Assembly (NCBI GenBank): GCA_019115745.1
Contig: DXDA01000019.1
Span: 6,233 to 70,232, forward strand
DNA from: Candidatus Alistipes intestinigallinarum
GTDB lineage: Bacteria; Bacteroidota; Bacteroidia; Bacteroidales; Rikenellaceae
DNA length: 64,000 nt
Direction: 5' to 3'
Shown: positions 57,496 to 64,000 of the stretch, piece after piece
Numbering within the stretch: the stretch's first letter is position 1
Layout: each line of letters begins with the position of its first letter
Notes under the pieces: generated by a model
What the model was told of the DNA's origin: nothing
The model's input: the letters and a program-made list of their open reading frames with translations, nothing else
Databases searched by the model: none
Made by a program: the position numbers and the translations under genes

Positions 57496-60400
57496 ATGAA
57501 CCTAAAACGGATTGCGACAGTGGCGCTGTTTTCAGGCGCCATGTCGGTTCTGCATTTGTCGGCCCAGACGCCATCGGTTTCGGGTACGGTCAAATGGACA
57601 GATGACGGGAATCCCCTTCCCGGCGTATCGGTAATTATCCGAAACACGAACAAAGGAACGACTACCGATTATCAGGGACGCTATTCGATCGGAGCGATGA
57701 AGGGGGATACGCTGGACTTCCGGTTCATCGGTATGAAACCGGTGATGAAGGTTGTCGGGAATGCTTCGAGAATCGATGTGGAGATGAGTTCCGTATCGGA
57801 AGGTATCGACGAAGTGGTGGTAGTCGGATACTCGCTGATGAAGAAGAGTGACCTGACGGGCAGTGTCCAGAACGTAAGCTCCGAAGAGCTGATGAAGAGC
57901 CGCCCGGCGAGTCTTGAACAGGGTCTGCAGGGCCGGATCGCCGGTGTCAACGTCGTTCGCAACGACGGTGCTCCCGGAGGCGGAATCAGCGTGCAGATCC
58001 GCGGTTCCAACTCGTTCATGGGCAGTACGGAACCGCTGTATGTCATCGACGGGGTTCCGTTCACGGCCTCCAACGACGACGAGTCGATGACCTTCGACGA
58101 AAATGAGGTCGCCAGCCGCAACGTACTGTCGTTCCTGGACCCGGAAAACATCGAATCAATCGAGATTCTGAAGGATGCCTCGGCTGTGGCGCTGTACGGA
58201 TCGCGCGGCTCCAACGGCGTGGTGATGATCACTACGAAGAGCGGACGGAAAGGGTCGAACCGATTGACCTTCAATGCTACCCTGAGCATCAGCCAGGTTT
58301 CGAACAAACTCCGGATGCTGACCGGAGCCGAATATGCCGAGTACCGCAACCAGGCCTATATCAACACCCAATATATCAATACGGGAACGTTCAATCCGCA
58401 GGGTTTGCCCCATTTGGGCGATATCGGACCGCTGGGAACCTACGTGAAGGGCCCCAAGGATTATGACAACGATCCCTACTACTGGCAGGATGCGATTTTC
58501 CGCACGGCCATCTCCCAGAACTACTCGCTGAACTACTCGGGAGCCACCGACAAGGGCGACTACGCGGTGGGTCTCTCCTACCTCGATCAGACGGGTACGG
58601 TGGTCAACTCGGGCTATGACCGTCTGAACGTGAACCTGAAGCTGAACCAGACCATCAAACCGTGGCTGAAGATCGGTACGTCGACCAACTTCTCGATGGC
58701 GAACTCCGACATGATCAAGACGGCAACGAGCAACCAGAACAACGGTGATGAAGGTGTGATCCGTTCGGCGCTCTACTACCCGCCGCTCTACAAAATCGAG
58801 GAGCAGCCGGGATACGAGGAGTACCAGCTCGTATCCAACCCGCTGGACTATACGGCGGCCATGAACAAGAACAAGAATTATACGATTTATAGCTCCAATT
58901 ATGCCAATGCGACTTTGACGAAAGGTTTGATTTTCCGCACGGTGTTCTCCTACAAGGCCTCCATGAACTTCAACAACCGTTATTTCCCCAAGAATCTCTA
59001 CGAGGGACGTTCGGTTGGCGGCAAGTCGTTGGCCGGAGATATTCAGAGCCAGCGGTATCTGTGGGACAACTTCCTGATGTTCAACCGCACGTTCAAGAGC
59101 CGGCACAACATCAGCGCAACCTTGGGTGTGAGTTGGGAGGATTACAGCTATTACAGCAAGCAGGTGACCACCCAGGGCTTCGGTTACGACGGCAACAACG
59201 GCTGGATCCTGGAGGACGGTACGGCGCCTCAGACTCCCCAGTCCGTCAAGCAGGATGCCACGCTCTTCTCTGTCATCGCCCGTGCGGCCTATACCTATGA
59301 CAACCGTTATTACGTAACGGCGACGTTCCGCCGTGACGAATCGAGCAAGTTTGCCAAGAACAACAAGGCGGCCTATTTCCCCTCGATCGGTGTGGCCTGG
59401 ACGGCAAGCCGGGAGAAGTTCCTGCGGGAGAGCAAGGCCGTTACGAATCTCAAGCTGCGTTACAGCTACGGTCTTTCGGGTAATGCCGGTATCGGTCCTT
59501 ACGGATCATTGCTGCTGTTCGGCAGTGCGAACTACCCCTTCGGGGCGAGTGTTTCGCCGGGCTACGCCATTGAAGGGACCAACCCCGGAAATCCGAATCT
59601 GAAGTGGGAGACGACCTATCAGCACGATTTGGGTATCGAGTTGAGCCTGTTCAATGTTTTGGACCTGGAGGTTGATTTCTACGACAAGACGACCAAGGAT
59701 CTGATTCAGAACAAGGATTTGAGCCCGAGTACCGGTATGAAGAGCGTGCTGATGAATGTCGGTGAGGTGAACAACAAGGGTATGGAGATCACGGCGAATG
59801 CACGGATTCTGAACAAGAAGGACCTGAGCCTGAACATCGGCGGAAACATCTCTTTCAATAGGAATAAGATCACGAATCTGAATGGCTTGCGGATCTTCCC
59901 GAACAACCTGTGGAATGACCTGCGTCCGTACATTCTCGAAGAGGGGCACTCGATCGGGCAACTGTATGGATACAAGGAGGAGGGTATCTGGAATACGCGC
60001 GAGGAGGTGATCAACAGCAAACAGTTCCAGACCCAGTATCCCGGCTATACGGTCAGCGACAATGATGAAGCGACCGAGCTGCTTATCAAACAGCAGTGGT
60101 TGGGAGAAGTCAAGATCCACGACAAGGATGGCAACGGGGAGATCAATGATGCCGACCAGGATTACATCGGGGATGTGAATCCGAAATTCATCTATGCGTT
60201 CAATGTGGACTTCTCGTACAAGAATTTCGACTTCTCGATTCTGTTCAACGGAGTCAATGGCAACGACATCATCAACATGCCGAGCCTTCGCAACTACAAC
60301 CTGGGCCAGACCCGCAATATTCCCAAGAGCATTCTGGATGATGCGTGGGTTCCGGGCGGCAGCGGCAAGAGTCCCAAGATTTACACCACGACCAGCCGTG

Positions 60401-60669
60401 ATCTCTATTTCACCCGCCGTTACGTCGAGGATGGCTCGTACCTGAAACTGCGGAACATTTCGTTCGGCTATACGTTCAAGAATCCGGTCAAGGGAATCGG
60501 TTCCCTGCGGCTGTACGTATCGTTGAACAACCTTTGGACGATTACGGACTACACCGGTTACGATCCCGAGGTCAACGCCTTCGGAACGAATCCGTCGCGC
60601 CGGGGTGTGGATGCCGGAGGTTATCCCCAGTCCAAGGAGTATCTGTTCGGAATTAACTTAACGCTGTAA
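57496..60669 (+). CDS. SusC/RagA TonB-dependent transporter without STN domain
   Basis: EPLYVIDG, LKDASAVALYGSRGSNGVVMITTK, DESSKF and NPNLKWETT. Confidence 0.96.
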   Translation: MNLKRIATVALFSGAMSVLHLSAQTPSVSGTVKWTDDGNPLPGVSVIIRNTNKGTTTDYQGRYSIGAMKGDTLDFRFIGMKPVMKVVGNASRIDVEMSSVSEGIDEVVVVGYSLMKKSDLTGSVQNVSSEELMKSRPASLEQGLQGRIAGVNVVRNDGAPGGGISVQIRGSNSFMGSTEPLYVIDGVPFTASNDDESMTFDENEVASRNVLSFLDPENIESIEILKDASAVALYGSRGSNGVVMITTKSGRKGSNRLTFNATLSISQVSNKLRMLTGAEYAEYRNQAYINTQYINTGTFNPQGLPHLGDIGPLGTYVKGPKDYDNDPYYWQDAIFRTAISQNYSLNYSGATDKGDYAVGLSYLDQTGTVVNSGYDRLNVNLKLNQTIKPWLKIGTSTNFSMANSDMIKTATSNQNNGDEGVIRSALYYPPLYKIEEQPGYEEYQLVSNPLDYTAAMNKNKNYTIYSSNYANATLTKGLIFRTVFSYKASMNFNNRYFPKNLYEGRSVGGKSLAGDIQSQRYLWDNFLMFNRTFKSRHNISATLGVSWEDYSYYSKQVTTQGFGYDGNNGWILEDGTAPQTPQSVKQDATLFSVIARAAYTYDNRYYVTATFRRDESSKFAKNNKAAYFPSIGVAWTASREKFLRESKAVTNLKLRYSYGLSGNAGIGPYGSLLLFGSANYPFGASVSPGYAIEGTNPGNPNLKWETTYQHDLGIELSLFNVLDLEVDFYDKTTKDLIQNKDLSPSTGMKSVLMNVGEVNNKGMEITANARILNKKDLSLNIGGNISFNRNKITNLNGLRIFPNNLWNDLRPYILEEGHSIGQLYGYKEEGIWNTREEVINSKQFQTQYPGYTVSDNDEATELLIKQQWLGEVKIHDKDGNGEINDADQDYIGDVNPKFIYAFNVDFSYKNFDFSILFNGVNGNDIINMPSLRNYNLGQTRNIPKSILDDAWVPGGSGKSPKIYTTTSRDLYFTRRYVEDGSYLKLRNISFGYTFKNPVKGIGSLRLYVSLNNLWTITDYTGYDPEVNAFGTNPSRRGVDAGGYPQSKEYLFGINLTL

Positions 60670-60681
60670 ACGACACGAACG

Positions 60682-62325
60682 ATGAAAAACATATTGCCTT
60701 TTGTTTTGGGACTGTCGTTGATGCTTTCGGCCTGCGACATGGAGGAGCGGCCCTACACCATCAACGATTCGATGACGCAGACCGAGGAGGGTGCGGCCCT
60801 GGCCGTGACGGCGATGTACAACACCTTCTGGAGCACGTCGCTGATGAAGAAATCCTACATGGAGTGTATCGACATGGACCACGACCACTCCGCCGCCCCG
60901 TCGTGGGTGATGTCCGGAGCCGGTGAGGGAAACATGACGAACCACTGGTCCTACAACACCTCGTCGGACCCCTTCTATGCCTTTTATGCCCTGATCAACC
61001 GGGCCAACTACGTGATCGAGAAGGTTGCCGAGTCACCCATCGACGAGACCGTGCGGAACCAGTATCTCGGAGAGGCCTATTTCCTGCGAGCTTTCTCCTA
61101 CTTCCATCTGGTGCGCATGTACGGTCCGGTGCCGTTGCGGCTCAAGTATGACGATCTGGGCGATAAGGCCCGCTCTTCGGTGCAGGAGGTCTACCAGCGG
61201 ATTACCGACGACCTGGACGATGCCTGCACGCTGATGACCGAATGGGGCACGTCGTCCGGAAACTGGGGACATGCCAACAAGACGGCAGCCAAGATTCTTC
61301 TGGCGCGGGTCTATGCCACGATGGGCTCTGCGGCCCTGGCGGGCAGCGTCGAGATGAAGGTTGACATCAAGGGTTCGCTGCAGAATTTCAATACGGCGAC
61401 CGTAGCCGGATTTGAGGGCGTGGATGCGAAGAAGTGCTACGAGAAGGTGGTTGAGATCTGCGACGAGGTGATTGCCCGCAAAGGGATCGATTACGATTAC
61501 ATGCCGGCCTTCAACAAGATCTGGGGAGCGCCCAATTTCCGCAACAAGGAGTTCGTGTGGGGAGTTGCCGGGAATGCCTTGAATGACTTTACGACGGAGC
61601 ACCTCGGATATTACTATACGGCGCCGACCTACTACGGCCGGGGCTGGGCCGGAATTACCGAACACGCCTACGGTTTGTATACGGGGAACGACGAGCGTGG
61701 GGAGCATGGAATTTTCCACTACATCAAACAGACGTGGAACAACACGTCGAATTATGTCCGGATGCCGGACGACCCGGAGAAATACCCCACGGGTCCCGAT
61801 GGAAAACCGGCCCGCAGCAACGCTGATTATTTCCGCACTTACTTCATTACCAAGTGGTATACGGGCGATGGTACGGTGGACAATCCGATTCCGAATACGA
61901 CGGCCCCGGGCTATGCGCTGAAGGAGCAGGACGTTATTCTGATCCGTTTCATCGAATTGTATCTGCTTCGCGCCGAGGCGTACAACGAACTCGATTTCCC
62001 GGACAAGGCTCTGGCCGATCTGGATGTGGTGCGGGCACGTGCCAAGGCGGACCTGCTGTCGGGAACGACGAGTGACAAGATGGAGATCCGCAGTCTGATT
62101 CTGCAGGAACGCGCCATGGAGTTCATGCAGGAGTTCAACCGCAAGTTTGATTTGCTGCGTTGGGGACTCTATCTGGATGTCATGAACAAGACGCAGTCGG
62201 TTCGCATCCAGGGTACGGGGTTGTCGATCTCGAAGGTGCGTCAGCCGCGCAGCATCCTGTATGCCGTTCCGCTCAACGAGATCAACAACAACAGACTGTT
62301 CGGTCCCAACAACAGCGGTTATTAA
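60682..62325 (+). CDS. SusD/RagB family lipoprotein
   Basis: Lipobox LSAC; GEAYFLRAFSYFHLVR, ELYLLRAEA and ERAMEF...RKFDLLRW. Confidence 0.94.
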   Translation: MKNILPFVLGLSLMLSACDMEERPYTINDSMTQTEEGAALAVTAMYNTFWSTSLMKKSYMECIDMDHDHSAAPSWVMSGAGEGNMTNHWSYNTSSDPFYAFYALINRANYVIEKVAESPIDETVRNQYLGEAYFLRAFSYFHLVRMYGPVPLRLKYDDLGDKARSSVQEVYQRITDDLDDACTLMTEWGTSSGNWGHANKTAAKILLARVYATMGSAALAGSVEMKVDIKGSLQNFNTATVAGFEGVDAKKCYEKVVEICDEVIARKGIDYDYMPAFNKIWGAPNFRNKEFVWGVAGNALNDFTTEHLGYYYTAPTYYGRGWAGITEHAYGLYTGNDERGEHGIFHYIKQTWNNTSNYVRMPDDPEKYPTGPDGKPARSNADYFRTYFITKWYTGDGTVDNPIPNTTAPGYALKEQDVILIRFIELYLLRAEAYNELDFPDKALADLDVVRARAKADLLSGTTSDKMEIRSLILQERAMEFMQEFNRKFDLLRWGLYLDVMNKTQSVRIQGTGLSISKVRQPRSILYAVPLNEINNNRLFGPNNSGY

Positions 62326-62352
62326 GCTTAAATTCAAAAAAATCCGAAACTC

Positions 62353-63480
62353 ATGAAAGCAATCTATTTGTGGATTTCGATCCTCTTGTTCGCAGCGACG
62401 GGTTGTGCGGATGAGAATTACGATTACGGAGACAAGGGAGCTCCGAAGATCGATTATGCGATCGATCCGGTAGCGATGGCCCGTCTGGATGTCGTAACCG
62501 TCGGTCAGGCTGTACAGTTTGTCGGCGACAATCTCGGTTCGGTTCATAAGATATCGATCAACGGCGTGGAGGTCGCCATCGGTTCGACGACGCGGCTTAC
62601 CCACTCACTCTATCTGACCATTCCGCGTTTGACGCGCAGCGAGAGCTATGTCATGACCCTCGAAAACGATTTCGGGTCGACGGAGGTCGCTCTTTCGATC
62701 GAATTCCCACCGTTCCAGATCACGGGGATCTTCAACGAGTGGACCCCGCCCGGACAGGAACTCAAACTGCTCGGCGAGAGCATGGATCTCTACGCCAAGG
62801 TGGGTGTTTCGAAGCTGATGTTCGGCGACAAGGCGGCTCTGGTGACCGAGGTGTCGGAGACCTACGTGAAGGCGGTCGTTCCCGAAGGCGTCGGGAACAA
62901 GACGGTGATCACGTTCCTGGCCGACGATGCGTCGGAAGGGGTGAAGTGTCCGGTCCGGTATCGGGATGACACCTTCATCATCGAGAATCTCGAAGACAAG
63001 AGTACGACCCGCTATCCGGACTGGGTGGTTCCGAACGACGACTACCCCGCTCCGCTCGATCCGGCTCCGACCGAAGGCAGCCAGTATACGCGGATCGTCA
63101 CCGAAGTCGGGAAAACCGGTCTGGTGAACATGATTGCCAATTATAACCTCGTAATTCCGGAGTCCTATTTTACGACCGATGCGGACAATTACGTGCTGAA
63201 ATTCGAATTGTGCACGATCAAGCCGATTGCTTACCGTCTGGCCATTGCATTGAACCAGAGTATGAACTGGTATGCCTTCGGACCTTCGTCGCTCACGACG
63301 GATCCGGCGCTGATGATCTCGACCGGCGGAGAGTGGCAGACCTTTACCATTCCGATGGATACCTGGAAGAACAAGGGCGGTACGAAGAACATGCGCATCT
63401 GGGTGGGAAGCCATCCTTCGGGCAATTCCTACGATTTCTGCATCGATAATGTACGACTCCAGCCGATAAACTGGGAATAG
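62353..63480 (+). CDS. Surface lipoprotein with IPT/TIG-like domains and a probable glycan-binding domain (SGBP-B-like)
   Basis: Lipobox ATGC with acidic residues after Cys; G.NL Ig-like repeats; C-terminal GEWQTFTIP...IDNVRL. Confidence 0.7.
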   Translation: MKAIYLWISILLFAATGCADENYDYGDKGAPKIDYAIDPVAMARLDVVTVGQAVQFVGDNLGSVHKISINGVEVAIGSTTRLTHSLYLTIPRLTRSESYVMTLENDFGSTEVALSIEFPPFQITGIFNEWTPPGQELKLLGESMDLYAKVGVSKLMFGDKAALVTEVSETYVKAVVPEGVGNKTVITFLADDASEGVKCPVRYRDDTFIIENLEDKSTTRYPDWVVPNDDYPAPLDPAPTEGSQYTRIVTEVGKTGLVNMIANYNLVIPESYFTTDADNYVLKFELCTIKPIAYRLAIALNQSMNWYAFGPSSLTTDPALMISTGGEWQTFTIPMDTWKNKGGTKNMRIWVGSHPSGNSYDFCIDNVRLQPINWE

Positions 63481-63487
63481 AAGAAAA

Positions 63488-64000
63488 ATGAAAAGAATAA
63501 CTTGTATTGCAATTTTGGTGAGTATCTTGTGCCCGATTTTCTTGCGGGCACAAGACTCCACCTACTTCCGTGCGAATGAATGGCGCGGACAGATCGAAGC
63601 CTATTATGAAAATGACCGGCAGCACTTCCCCGAAGCGAGTTCGATTCTTTTCGTGGGGAGTTCGTCGATTCGGATGTGGAAGGACCTGGCGAGCTATTTC
63701 CCGGAGCATCGGGTTCTCTCCCGCGGTTTCGGCGGGGCGTGGATCAGCGACGTGCTCTACCACATGCAGCGTCTGGTGATTGCCTATGATCCGGCTCAGA
63801 TTGTCCTGTATGCCGGGGAGAACGACCTGGCCAACGGAGTATCGCCGGCTGCGGTGGTTGAGGATGTCCGGTGTTTCCTCCGCCTTGCGGAGATCTTTTT
63901 GCCGGGGGTTCCGGTTGTGGTGCTGTCGGTCAAGCCGTCGCCCTTCAGCAGCCGTATCCTGGAGAAGCAGCGCGAGACCAACCGGATGCTGGAAGCCTTG
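63488..64000 (+). CDS. SGNH/GDSL hydrolase, truncated at the right window edge (absent from the ORF track)
   Basis: Manual translation: MKRITCIAILVS...ILFVGSSSIRMW...RGFGG...LYAGENDL (blocks I-III). Confidence 0.85.
   Translation, partial: MKRITCIAILVSILCPIFLRAQDSTYFRANEWRGQIEAYYENDRQHFPEASSILFVGSSSIRMWKDLASYFPEHRVLSRGFGGAWISDVLYHMQRLVIAYDPAQIVLYAGENDLANGVSPAAVVEDVRCFLRLAEIFLPGVPVVVLSVKPSPFSSRILEKQRETNRMLEAL

Overview
High-GC Bacteroidota chromosome segment, probably Alistipes/Rikenellaceae (inferred from SusC/SusD loci, TAnnTTTG -7 promoters and GC-rich codons). It appears to span the replication origin. From left to right: (1) an ECF/FecR-controlled SusC/SusD locus with DUF4843 and PKD-like lipoproteins, a TlpA thioredoxin and an S46 peptidase (<1-11.8 kb), so peptide rather than glycan cargo is likely; (2) a hybrid kinase and sigma-54 activator pair next to a sigma-54 promoter that drives a 69-aa secreted Pro/Glu-rich protein; (3) an ECF/FecR SusC/SusD locus apparently for phosphodiester use, with a GlpT-like MFS, two GDPDs and two PKD + beta-propeller lipoproteins (16.4-30.8 kb); (4) housekeeping genes (ABC-2 exporter, pgk, M13 peptidase, patatin, pheS, TPR, EnvC-like, ybeY, mnmG, ilvE, metG, DPP7-type S46, nadA, Mrp, sppA), with two parS sites and an AT-rich oriC candidate carrying DnaA-box-like repeats between nadA and mrp; (5) an AraC-linked SusC/SusD locus with a surface lipoprotein and an SGNH hydrolase that runs off the right end. 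The most striking non-coding signal is an identical 19-bp element containing a palindrome, placed at identical spacing in the ABC-exporter and sppA promoters 23 kb apart. No rRNA, tRNA, CRISPR array or mobile element was seen. All calls come from motif recognition; no database searches were run.
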